Sequence record: OQ828465.1
Length of the DNA stretch: 64,000 nt
Direction: 5' to 3' (one strand)
The notes under the pieces are model-generated. The model worked only from the letters and a program-made list of their open reading frames with translations, was not told the DNA's origin and did no database searches. Numbering within the stretch: position 1 is the stretch's first letter; the number at the start of each line of letters is the position of its first letter. A program made the position numbers and the translations under genes. Below, in pieces: positions 49,215 through 58,776 of the stretch.

Positions 49215-49250
49215 GCGGCTCCTTCGGGGGCCGCTTATATCTCCTTTTTT
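49215..49250 (+). terminator. Intrinsic terminator
   Basis: GCGGCTCC-TTCG-GGGGCCGC, downstream T-tract. Confidence 0.85.
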
Positions 49251-49276
49251 TGTTAATCGATAAATAGGAGTTTGGT

Positions 49277-50413
49277 ATGGGTCTTTATGCCAAAGTTGTT
49301 GATCATGATGAAGTACATGATCAATTTACGGGTAAACGTATTTATGCCAATGATTACAATACGAGTAACTCAGATGAGAAAGAAGAATTTGATAGGCATT
49401 TCTATTCTCATTTCCAAGATTCAGAAGCAATTGAAAGTAGCGTAAGTTGTGATTGTCGAGCAATCGAAGACGCACATAAACTCGGAGTAATCTGTGATAT
49501 TTGTAATACTCCAGTTGTCAATACTTCTAGCCGCCCTATCGAACCATCAATGTGGGTTCGTACACCAAAACATGTACGTAGTCTAATTAACCCACGTTTA
49601 ATCATTATGCTAACCGGATATCTAGTAACTAAAGAATTCGATTTCTTAGCATATCTAACTGATACTTCTTATCGATACGATGTGGAATCTATTGGTTCTA
49701 AAGAAACACGCAGAAAAGTAGATAGGCTACTGCATCGAGGATTTGAAAGAGGATTAAATCACTTCATTGATAATTTCAATGAGATCTTCCAATTCCTACT
49801 AGATGCAAATATTATTTCTAATAATAAATCCGAATTCGCTCAATTCGTTGCTCAGAATAAAGATAAGTTATTCCCTAAATATTTACCAGTTCCTTCTAAA
49901 CTCTGTTTCGTAGCAGAATCAACCACATCTGGTACTTACTTAGATAAACCAATTGAAGCAGCAATTGATGCTACCTTAACCTTCGCTAGTATTGATGCAT
50001 CATCTGTACCACTTAGTCCAATTAAAGCTCAGAATAGGACTATGCGAGGACTAAGACTATATGGCCAGTTCTACGAGATCTACGCAAAATCACGAATTGC
50101 TCAAAAGCCTGGTCTTGCTCGGCGTCACATGTTTGGTGCTCGTCTCAACGCTACGGCACGTGCAGTAATCACTTCTATTAGTGACCCGCATGATTATGAT
50201 GAATTACATATCCCTTGGGGAGTAGGTTGTCAATTATTAAAGTATCATCTAACTAACAAGTTAAAAGCTAAGTTTAACATGACAACTCGTGAAGCATTCT
50301 CATTTGTATATGAGAATGTACTTCAATATAACCAAATCATCGCTGATCTATTTAAAGAGTTAATTGCAGAGGCCGCACCATATAAAGGAATGGGTTGCAC
50401 TTTTCACCGAAAT
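49277..50413 (+). CDS. nvRNAP beta'-like subunit (gp55), exon 1
   Basis: Zn-binding CDC..CDIC, RRHMFGARLNATARAVITS; ends at FHRN just before intron 1. Confidence 0.9.
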
Positions 50414-50718
50414 TAATTTGTATATTAATACTAAATGGTTTCCTTGTAATAGAAATATTACTCGACAAAACTCCTTTAATTGCTGGGACATCTCAATGAG
50501 ACAATCAGCAGCGAAGCTTTCCAGAAATGGATTGAACGTTCAACGACTATCGAAAGGCACGAAAGTGAACCGAGTAGAGTAGAGTCAAGTGACTCGAAAT
50601 GGGGAGCACCTTACTGGGTAATGCCAAAGGTGAAGATATAGTCTGGTCTGCATGGTGACATGCAGCTGTCTATTATTAATAGACGGGATAAGCTTAACGA
50701 ACTTATCTGAACACAACG
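50414..50718 (+). ncRNA. Group I intron 1 (305 nt, no ORF)
   Basis: Exon ends in U, intron ends in G; P1 GAAAU/GUUUC with U.G; P AATTGCTGGGA, Q AATCAGCAG, R TTCAACGACTA, S AAGATATAGTC. Confidence 0.9.
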
Positions 50719-50826
50719 CCGACCCTTCAACGTGGATCTACTCAACAATTCTTTATTACTAAAGTAAAAGATGACATTAATGATAATTCAATCAGCATGT
50801 CAGTATTATGCCTTAAAGCGCCTAAT
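50719..50826 (+). CDS. nvRNAP beta'-like subunit, exon 2 (36 codons)
   Basis: PTLQRGSTQQFFITKVKDDINDNSISMSVLCLKAPN; restores HRN-PTL and PN-ADFDGD in frame. Confidence 0.9.
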
Positions 50827-51319
50827 GGACAACTAACTAAATAAGGTAAAAACAATGGAACAAAACGGAGTAGTGTCCGTCTTTGATCCGGCTTCATTTA
50901 AAATTGAATATGAAGTGCTTGATAAATACCTTATTAAGTTAATCAAGTCTAGTTCCCCCAGTGAGTAATCATTGGGGTGAGTTCTCTCTAATTGCTGGGA
51001 TATCCTGTTAAACTAATCTACCACTGCGAGTCGAAAGACAAAGCCAAGGTTTGAAAAAGATTAGGTAGGGCCAATCAGCAGCCAAGCTCCGTAACATTCC
51101 ATTTAGGAATAGGAGAAGGTTCAACGACTATTACGGTATCAGGTGCACCGGTCCTAGAAATAGGATGTAGGGTCAAGTGACTCGAAATGGGAGACACCCC
51201 ACTCCGAAAGGAAGGGTGAAGATATAGTCTGGTCTGCATGGCGACATGCAGCAGGTGGTAATTATCATGTGGTAATTATACTACCGGGTATGGATTAACG
51301 ACCCATACTGAACATAACG
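50827..51319 (+). ncRNA. Group I intron 2 (493 nt) inside the catalytic NADFDGD motif
   Basis: P1 U/GGACA...UGUCC-G; same P, Q, R, S elements as intron 1; terminal G. Confidence 0.9.
50855..50968 (+). pseudogene. 37-codon ORF in intron 2, probable homing-endonuclease remnant
   Basis: TAAGGT RBS + ATG in P1 loop; MEQNGVVSVFDPASFKIEYEVLDKYLIKLIKSSSPSE*. Confidence 0.5.
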
Positions 51320-51538
51320 GCGGATTTTGACGGCGATCAATTGAATTTAACGTTAATGCCTGATGTGTATTTAACCAAAGCAACTGAACGCATTGCTCCA
51401 CATACATGGGTTCTATCTATTGATGAACCACATGAAATCTCAGGTAACCTTGAATTACAGGGTCCTGTTGTAGAAACAATTATTAACTGGGCGCATGAGA
51501 AGTATTTACCGCCATTAGAAGAATGGTTGAAGTCGTAA
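51320..51538 (+). CDS. nvRNAP beta'-like subunit, exon 3 (gp56.1-like)
   Basis: ADFDGDQLNLTLMPD...; spliced product 487 aa. Confidence 0.92.
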   Translation, partial: ADFDGDQLNLTLMPDVYLTKATERIAPHTWVLSIDEPHEISGNLELQGPVVETIINWAHEKYLPPLEEWLKS

Positions 51539-51679
51539 TAATAAACTTACCCCTACTATTTATGTAGTAGGGGGCTTTATTTCCTGTTATGGCGGCGACT
51601 AACCATGGATGTAAAGTTCCACTGGATTTAATTTCAGATTTATATCACTAAGATGCAATAGTGATAAGGGGAATACCCA

Positions 51680-51868
51680 ATGTCTAATATTCGTGAAATT
51701 ATTCGACGTAACCCGGAATGTTTATCACAAGTCGAATGAGATGAACGTGAAGCCAGATCGGTAGCCGTATTCACTAAGAGATATATTACTTGCGGGAATG
51801 GTGATGTAGTGGTAAACAGAAGGTTTGTCGATGCATATGTCGAAATGATCTCTAAGCTTAATGATTAA
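51680..51868 (+). pseudogene. 62-codon ORF interrupted by a single in-frame TGA (51737-51739)
   Basis: Promoter TATATCAC 51641-51648, AAGGGG RBS; frame stays open 42 codons past the TGA. Confidence 0.55.
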
Positions 51869-51927
51869 AAGCAAAATAAATTAATAGGGGAGTTTGAATC
51901 CCCTATTAATTCTTTGAGGCTAGTAGT

Positions 51928-52311
51928 ATGCATGATTTAGTTATCTATTGGAAAGCTCATGATGGTTACTACATACAAGATGAATATGGCGAACATCCTG
52001 TAACTTTCCAATTCGCAGAAATTAATTGGAATTTCACTGGGGCGTATGTATACGGTGGTTCTGAATTAATTGATGACCACTTAAGATTCGGTATAGATTT
52101 CAAAGTACGTGATATTGAATGGCAAATTAGGTTTGATTTAGACGGTAAATTTACTCTGTACAATATGTCAAATAATGATCGGGATGATACGTTTGTAATT
52201 CCAGTTACTTCAAAATTTGCCCAATTCTTTAAAAAGACAGGCAAACATGTAGTTACTAATGAAGTTATCACTATCCCAGTTAATTGCTCTTTTGATAAGC
52301 AAATTTATTAA
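51928..52311 (+). CDS. Hypothetical protein (gp57-like)
   Basis: 127 aa. Confidence 0.75.
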   Translation: MHDLVIYWKAHDGYYIQDEYGEHPVTFQFAEINWNFTGAYVYGGSELIDDHLRFGIDFKVRDIEWQIRFDLDGKFTLYNMSNNDRDDTFVIPVTSKFAQFFKKTGKHVVTNEVITIPVNCSFDKQIY

Positions 52312-52323
52312 AGGTAAATAAGG

Positions 52324-52749
52324 ATGAATAGTAAATGTAATGAATGCACTAAGCAAATCGATAATTCCCACGATATGCCAAAAACACTTGGTGTCTGCCA
52401 TAAGCATTATCGGTTCAATGTATTTGGGGATAATGATTTACTTAAAGATTCTGATAAACTGGTTACATTTGAACTTAATAAAGAAACTAATCTATTTGAA
52501 TGTATTCTAGAAAATACTAAAGGTGAATATACTGGATTCCATCATCCTAAGTTTGGATTCCGTATTAAACATGATGATCCAATCACTATTGTGGTGACTG
52601 CACCTGAACATGATATCTATGTTGAATTAACTGTAACTGTTGAAGGTGTTACAAAAGCTGTCAATTGGTGCGGTCAGGAACTAGACACATTTAATTTACC
52701 TATGCAACATCCGTTTAATCTATGCTGGTCATATACGGCCAATAACTGA
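52324..52749 (+). CDS. Hypothetical protein with N-terminal CxxC...CxxH (gp58-like)
   Basis: CNEC...VCHKH putative Zn site. Confidence 0.75.
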   Translation: MNSKCNECTKQIDNSHDMPKTLGVCHKHYRFNVFGDNDLLKDSDKLVTFELNKETNLFECILENTKGEYTGFHHPKFGFRIKHDDPITIVVTAPEHDIYVELTVTVEGVTKAVNWCGQELDTFNLPMQHPFNLCWSYTANN

Positions 52750-52757
52750 GGTGTATA

Positions 52758-53369
52758 ATGATTGTAGATGCACATGGTGTAGACCTCTTGGACATCTGTG
52801 CAGGTGGCCATCTTACACAGCAAACAACTCAATGGTTGGGTGAGCGTAGTCAGGCACTTCGTTCAACTATGTCAACTGCTGCTGCTAGCTTTTTTAATAC
52901 TGCTCAAAATATGTACAGTATGATTAGTGAATCAGCTGCTGTTCAAGCACTGCGGAATCTGACCACAAAGAAAGATAACTTATGGCAGTCGAACAACATT
53001 GTGTATCTTGAGACATTAGCTGAACTACAAACAGCTGGTCCAATTATGCAACGTTGGGTTATGGCGCATGAGCGTCTAAGAACTATGTATCTTAATAATG
53101 AAGTTGATGGATATGGTGGTTCTTATAATAACATCCAAGGTGATGCTGTAGGTGAACGACAGTTTGATTATCGCCGCGTGATGGATGGAGTTATGTATAC
53201 CGATAAGAAAGAATTCGGTTATAAAAACTATCACGAAGATATCAAGAGCGATCGTAAACTTAGTCTGCACGAGAAAGTTGACATCATCCGTATGTGGAAT
53301 GCTATTGATGAACATCTGGACGCAGGTGAAGAAGATCCAACTTCAGTCGTAGGTAATCTTCTAGGTTAA
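52758..53369 (+). CDS. Conserved Chimalliviridae core protein (gp59-like; possibly an import factor)
   Basis: 203 aa, DYRRVMDG, EDPTS motifs; GAGGTG RBS. Confidence 0.65.
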   Translation: MIVDAHGVDLLDICAGGHLTQQTTQWLGERSQALRSTMSTAAASFFNTAQNMYSMISESAAVQALRNLTTKKDNLWQSNNIVYLETLAELQTAGPIMQRWVMAHERLRTMYLNNEVDGYGGSYNNIQGDAVGERQFDYRRVMDGVMYTDKKEFGYKNYHEDIKSDRKLSLHEKVDIIRMWNAIDEHLDAGEEDPTSVVGNLLG

Positions 53370-53420
53370 ATAAATGAGAGTCCCTACATGGGGCTCTCTT
53401 CTATCGTTTAGGAGAGATCT

Positions 53421-53756
53421 ATGTCAATTGATCTACTCGTACCAAATAAACTAAAGATGTTTCAAAAAAGTCCAGATGGTACGGGATATATGTACTTTAA
53501 TAGTACAGATGGAATAGAACTTAAATACGATAATCAAACACGACTATTGTATCTTCCCGATAATGACTATGTAACTGGTGATTATGTTTCACCTGATACT
53601 AAATTTATTTTCACAGTCATTGAAGGTGAAGTGGTCTCTATTAAATTAGATACTGGCGAGGAAATACATAGTTATAGTTTTTGTGATGAGAGTCCATTGT
53701 GGAACCATCCACATATTGCTTTTTACGTTAAGGAAAATACCGATGCTATTAATTAA
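53421..53756 (+). CDS. Hypothetical protein (gp60-like)
   Basis: 111 aa, AGGAG RBS. Confidence 0.75.
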   Translation: MSIDLLVPNKLKMFQKSPDGTGYMYFNSTDGIELKYDNQTRLLYLPDNDYVTGDYVSPDTKFIFTVIEGEVVSIKLDTGEEIHSYSFCDESPLWNHPHIAFYVKENTDAIN

Positions 53757-54207
53757 GAATAATAACTCATCAAGGCCACTACACCCTATTCTTAAATTAA
53801 CTACTGCTGTGGTTGATTCAATTCGTTTTAATTTTGAAGAATATTCTTATCTTAAAGAAGCATTTAAGAATGGCGCTCTACGTATCTATGTAACTGGATA
53901 TGACTATGCTTACCCATCTGAAGATGGTCATCTTGTTATTAAAGACGACCATCCTAATGTTTCTAGCAGGCCACCATTTGTACATGTTGGTAGGGATCCA
54001 AATGGGTTAGTTGATGATACCCAGTTATATGTAGCTACAACTCATTTTTCAGGGACAAGTAGTGAAATTACTACCAAACCCATTAGTGTACATGCATGTG
54101 TTACTGAACACGATATCGTTTTAACAAGCACACTCAAGAAAAAAGAAGGTGCTGTTATCGTATATCACATTGAATTAATTGCAAGTAAATATTTATATGC
54201 TAGTTAA
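53743..54207 (+). CDS. Hypothetical protein (gp61-like)
   Basis: ATG after AAGGA; track start 53683. Confidence 0.7.
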   Translation: MLLIKNNNSSRPLHPILKLTTAVVDSIRFNFEEYSYLKEAFKNGALRIYVTGYDYAYPSEDGHLVIKDDHPNVSSRPPFVHVGRDPNGLVDDTQLYVATTHFSGTSSEITTKPISVHACVTEHDIVLTSTLKKKEGAVIVYHIELIASKYLYAS

Positions 54208-54273
54208 TGTAAGTATTTAACTGTATGTATCAAGCAATATAAAGGGAGCCATTTGGCTCCCATCTTAACTTAA

Positions 54274-54711
<438 letters not shown>

Positions 54712-55269
54712 ATGACTAGTGAAGTTGAGAAAAATGAAAGCGAAGCTATGAACTCCATGCTATTAAAACGAATTCATATGCTAGAAGTAACAGTTAGGAA
54801 TCTAACAAAACATGCTAATGTTGTAGATGAGGCTTTCCAACAATTGGTAAAAGCTAAAGCTGAAGAAACTGCAACATTTAATATTCGCGTTAGTCGAGTT
54901 CTTGCAGATATTCTTTGCAATATGGGTGAAAGTATTCGGCATGAAGTTGATGACGCATTGCGAGCTATCCATGGTGATACTAAACCAGTATTCTCACTAG
55001 CTGAAGTAGATGGGGTTAATCAGAAAGAACATATGGAATCAGTCATTGTTCGTAAGGGCGGTGATAAAGGTTATATGTTTGCTACTGTTGGAACGCCTAA
55101 TAAGTTCACTACTGAAAACTGCGATGCGTTGATTGATTACCTAAATAGTAATCCTCAACTAATGGAAAATAAAGAAGAAGCTCGTTTTAATATCATCACT
55201 ACTCTGACTAAACAACAGATTGAACAAGTTATGGGTAAAGAAGATGGCAACTCCGGAACCGAACACTAG
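54712..55269 (+). CDS. Hypothetical protein with coiled coil (gp63-like)
   Basis: 185 aa abutting upstream stop. Confidence 0.8.
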   Translation: MTSEVEKNESEAMNSMLLKRIHMLEVTVRNLTKHANVVDEAFQQLVKAKAEETATFNIRVSRVLADILCNMGESIRHEVDDALRAIHGDTKPVFSLAEVDGVNQKEHMESVIVRKGGDKGYMFATVGTPNKFTTENCDALIDYLNSNPQLMENKEEARFNIITTLTKQQIEQVMGKEDGNSGTEH

Positions 55270-55852
55270 AGTTACAGATAGCGATAACATGATCATGGAT
55301 GCAATGCAAGCCATGGTTAACATTCATCAGAAAGAGACACCTATTGTTCATGAGGACGTTTTTGTAAAGAATATATTACCGTTACTTGAATGTCCATGGG
55401 CACCTGGTGCATTAGATGAATATCGTAAATATGTTCGTGAGCTATCAAATCCGTTACGCGTAGCAAGTGTAAATACCAAAGAAGCAGTTGTGCTTTTTAC
55501 AGTTCCAGCACTCTATCCTCGTCCAAGTGTTGCAATCTCATCTGGTGAGAATGTTGCTAGCATTTCTAACGTAATGGATTATTATAATAAAGAACATAAC
55601 CGTAATCCACGTGGTGGGTTTGCTAAAGAAGCGGCTCAATTCCTAGAGCGGTGTATTTATAATGAACCATTAGAAAAACAACTTCTACAAGTGTTAATCC
55701 AAATCTTAGCAGCATATGGTCGGGTATTAAAAAATACTGATGGTACTCCGTTATATGAGTTACCGAATGCATCTTCATCTAAATCTGGAGGTGTGCAAGT
55801 AGATACACCTGAGAATGATGAATGTGTTTACGGTGACGAATATGAAGACTGA
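55244..55852 (+). CDS. Hypothetical protein (gp64-like)
   Basis: MATPEPN start; track start 55220. Confidence 0.8.
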   Translation: MATPEPNTRVTDSDNMIMDAMQAMVNIHQKETPIVHEDVFVKNILPLLECPWAPGALDEYRKYVRELSNPLRVASVNTKEAVVLFTVPALYPRPSVAISSGENVASISNVMDYYNKEHNRNPRGGFAKEAAQFLERCIYNEPLEKQLLQVLIQILAAYGRVLKNTDGTPLYELPNASSSKSGGVQVDTPENDECVYGDEYED

Positions 55853-56981
55853 TAAAACAAAGAAACCTGGCATATTTCGATATTTAACAGTAGGCGATGT
55901 CCATATGGGGCATCGCCAAACCCCTACTGAATTAATCATCAATAACTTTTGGAAAACTGTCCCTGATACAATTTTAAAAGATATTGATATGTTGATTATT
56001 ACAGGGGATTTATTTGATCGCCAATTAAACAATGGTGATCCAGCTGCATACGCAATTGATAGATTTATTACAATACTTCTCTACAAATGTGAAATGTATA
56101 ATGTAATGATCCGTATTGTTGAAGGGACTCCATCACACGATCGTGGGCAAATGCAGTTTTTCGTAGAACAAAAGAATAATGCTAATATTAAAGTTGATTT
56201 GCATTATTCAAAGATTCTCGATATCGAGTATATTGAGAAACTAGATGCATATTTCCTTTATGTCCCTGATAAATGGAATCCATCCACATCAGAGACTTTA
56301 AATCAAGTAAAAGATTTAATGCATAAGAAAGGTATATCTCAAGTTGACTTTACTATTTTACATGGTGCATTTAAACACCAGCTACCTAGCATTGTTGAAG
56401 AGCCAACACATGATCCAGATGAATATTTAGCATTAACTAAATATATGATCAATGGTGGACATGTTCATGAGATGTCTATCTATGAACGCATTTTAGCTGC
56501 CGGTGGATTTGACCGATTAAGTCACAACGATGAAATTCCAAAAGGATTATTTGATGTTGTGGTGAAAGAAAATGGCGAATGGACTGCTACATTCCTTGAG
56601 AATAAGGGTGCGCGTAGATATGATACTTTGAATGTCCATGGAATGGATACTAAGCAACTTAATTACACTGTTAAAGAACATATCAAGACACTACCAACTA
56701 ACTCTGCAATTAGGTTAAGATGTAATCCAGGTGATGTAGCTACTGGTGATCTCGATACATTTCAAAATGAATATCCTAATTTTTCATGGAGTATCTTAAT
56801 TGAAAAAGTTACTACAAAGAAAAATACTGTGTCAGATAGCCTAAAGAATTTTGATTTATCAGAATTTTTGGATATAACTCCAGAAAGTATTTCTGATTTA
56901 ATTATTCCAGATATTGAAAAATTTACAGCGGACGCTGCTCAGATCCAGCGGGTATTGGGATTATTGACAGAGTTCAAATAA
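55842..56981 (+). CDS. sbcD: SbcD/Mre11-like metallophosphoesterase nuclease (gp65)
   Basis: GDVHMGH, ITGDLFD, EGTPSHD, LHGAF, GGHVH motifs. Confidence 0.9.
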   Translation: MKTDKTKKPGIFRYLTVGDVHMGHRQTPTELIINNFWKTVPDTILKDIDMLIITGDLFDRQLNNGDPAAYAIDRFITILLYKCEMYNVMIRIVEGTPSHDRGQMQFFVEQKNNANIKVDLHYSKILDIEYIEKLDAYFLYVPDKWNPSTSETLNQVKDLMHKKGISQVDFTILHGAFKHQLPSIVEEPTHDPDEYLALTKYMINGGHVHEMSIYERILAAGGFDRLSHNDEIPKGLFDVVVKENGEWTATFLENKGARRYDTLNVHGMDTKQLNYTVKEHIKTLPTNSAIRLRCNPGDVATGDLDTFQNEYPNFSWSILIEKVTTKKNTVSDSLKNFDLSEFLDITPESISDLIIPDIEKFTADAAQIQRVLGLLTEFK

Positions 56982-56993
56982 AAGGCAATAATA

Positions 56994-57824
56994 ATGGATA
57001 TTATCGAGAGAGATGTAGGTGCTAATATTCCGATTAGCATTGGAACTTCTTTTGCTCTCGAAGGGCTTATAGGAACACATCCACAAAAGCCTAGACAACC
57101 AACTGATGTTAAGTCTATTAAAGAAATATGGATTAATGTCCGTACTCTTGCAAGAAATATGTGGCAGGCTATGAAGTCTGAACAACAAACTAATATTAAC
57201 TTGGTTGCAGCAGTCGATGTTTTATTTCAAGAAGCACAAACAATCCCGGTTGCTTTACGGCAATCGGGGATAAAAGCAACTGTAAAATATTACATTACTG
57301 GTCGAGATGCAGTGAAGTGGTTATTCCCTAAAGCTACATTTAAAGTATCACGAACACCGCAACAATTAGCTTATGATGTTTATGAACGATTTGTATCAAT
57401 TGAACTATACCAGAAGTTAAAAGATACAGATTTAACTACAATGGAAATATCTAATAAACCTCCAAAGGTTGAAGGTACTGTTTTACTATTAACCCATTTC
57501 CCACATGAACTATTATGGAAACCCCATTTTAATAGACTTCTTTTATTGGAATCCCATACGGGTAAAATAAAGACATACAACATGTGGTATACTAAACTAA
57601 ATGGTTTAAAAGAAGATACTCCATTTCCTTTTACATCATTTGCTATACAGATATTTGGCGATAAACAATTACTTGAACCACAAGACAAAGCTATTCGTGC
57701 GCAATTAAAACAATTGGCACAATCTAGAAAATGGACAGGATTAACAACACCAGATAAAGTTCATCATGACATTACTGCTTATGGTTCTAAAGAGTTAAAA
57801 GAAGCATACAAGAAATTCAAATAG
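56994..57824 (+). CDS. Conserved core hypothetical protein (gp66-like)
   Basis: 276 aa, ISIGTSFALEGL, LLLESHTG. Confidence 0.8.
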   Translation: MDIIERDVGANIPISIGTSFALEGLIGTHPQKPRQPTDVKSIKEIWINVRTLARNMWQAMKSEQQTNINLVAAVDVLFQEAQTIPVALRQSGIKATVKYYITGRDAVKWLFPKATFKVSRTPQQLAYDVYERFVSIELYQKLKDTDLTTMEISNKPPKVEGTVLLLTHFPHELLWKPHFNRLLLLESHTGKIKTYNMWYTKLNGLKEDTPFPFTSFAIQIFGDKQLLEPQDKAIRAQLKQLAQSRKWTGLTTPDKVHHDITAYGSKELKEAYKKFK

Positions 57825-57910
57825 AAGAAATACTTGTTGCGATAATATTACGTAGAAATCATTTCCCATCTAGTTAAAAGAATCTAGTTTTAATTTGGAG
57901 TTATCACATC

Positions 57911-58651
57911 ATGTCACAACAGCAGCCTAATGCACCCGTAGTTAACCCTTTTAACGTAATGAATACTTGGCTACATGCCAAACCATGTGAGGGTTCTCAA
58001 AAACGACCGACGCTACGATTTGGTCTGTTTAAAAACCAACCACGGGTTACTGTTCGTACTAATGTACCTGGTGATAAAGACCATGGTAAAATTGAGTTCA
58101 ATACTGACCTAGCAACCTTTGCATGTTTCATTAAGTTTGCAATGGACTTAATTGAAGGTAAAACTGAAGATACTGAACGCGTCTTTGTTTACCGCAATAA
58201 CTTCGTAGCTGGTAAGAAGCGTGATAATTTTATTGAGCTTTCTAAGCTACATGTTGGCCGTGCACAAGATGGTCGAATTTACATCGCAGTGCTAAGCACT
58301 CAACCTGATCGTCCAAAGATCAAATTCTTCTTTGGCCCATCCCAATTCCATGATATCCGCAAAGCAGATGGTAGTCAGCTATCACCTAAGGAAATGTCTG
58401 ATGCTTATGCATACGGTTTCCTAGACCCCGCATATAAACTAGTAATGCATCTTCTAGTAACTGAATTCGATCCAGATGCTAAAGGTGTATCTAACCCTGC
58501 TAATTTCAATCAGGGTAATGGTAATAGCGGTGGTTACAATAACGGTGGTCAGCGCAATAACTATAACAAAGGTGGCAATAATAGTTATGCTAAGCCGGCT
58601 AATAATAGTTATAATGACTCAGCTTTTGATGAGGATATGCCTTCCTTCTAA
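57911..58651 (+). CDS. chmC: ChmC, phage-nucleus RNA-binding protein (gp67)
   Basis: 246 aa, beta-rich core plus N/G-rich disordered tail; immediately upstream of gp68. Confidence 0.7.
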   Translation: MSQQQPNAPVVNPFNVMNTWLHAKPCEGSQKRPTLRFGLFKNQPRVTVRTNVPGDKDHGKIEFNTDLATFACFIKFAMDLIEGKTEDTERVFVYRNNFVAGKKRDNFIELSKLHVGRAQDGRIYIAVLSTQPDRPKIKFFFGPSQFHDIRKADGSQLSPKEMSDAYAYGFLDPAYKLVMHLLVTEFDPDAKGVSNPANFNQGNGNSGGYNNGGQRNNYNKGGNNSYAKPANNSYNDSAFDEDMPSF

Positions 58652-58730
58652 AACATATTTCGGTGCTTACTCTCGAAGTAGGCACCGATATGCCCTCAGC
58701 ACTAAATACCGTTATACTAAAAAAAATTTG

Positions 58731-58743
58731 AGATCTATATTAC
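58731..58743 (+). promoter_or_regulatory. Early promoter of gp68-gp70 operon
   Basis: AGATCTATATTAC. Confidence 0.75.
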
Positions 58744-58776
58744 TAACATGTATCTACATTGGTAAAAGAGGTTAAA

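Noticed and set aside
49277-50416. Apparently truncated RNAP subunit lacking the catalytic motif (pseudogene?)
   Set aside because: The stop is the first codon of a group I intron; splicing restores the full frame including NADFDGD
50364-50582. 72-aa ORF overlapping intron 1
   Set aside because: Alternate frame running through conserved intron core; no RBS and no endonuclease motif
51341-51538. Stand-alone 65-aa ORF in the track
   Set aside because: It is the distal part of exon 3, in frame with GCG GAT TTT GAC from 51320
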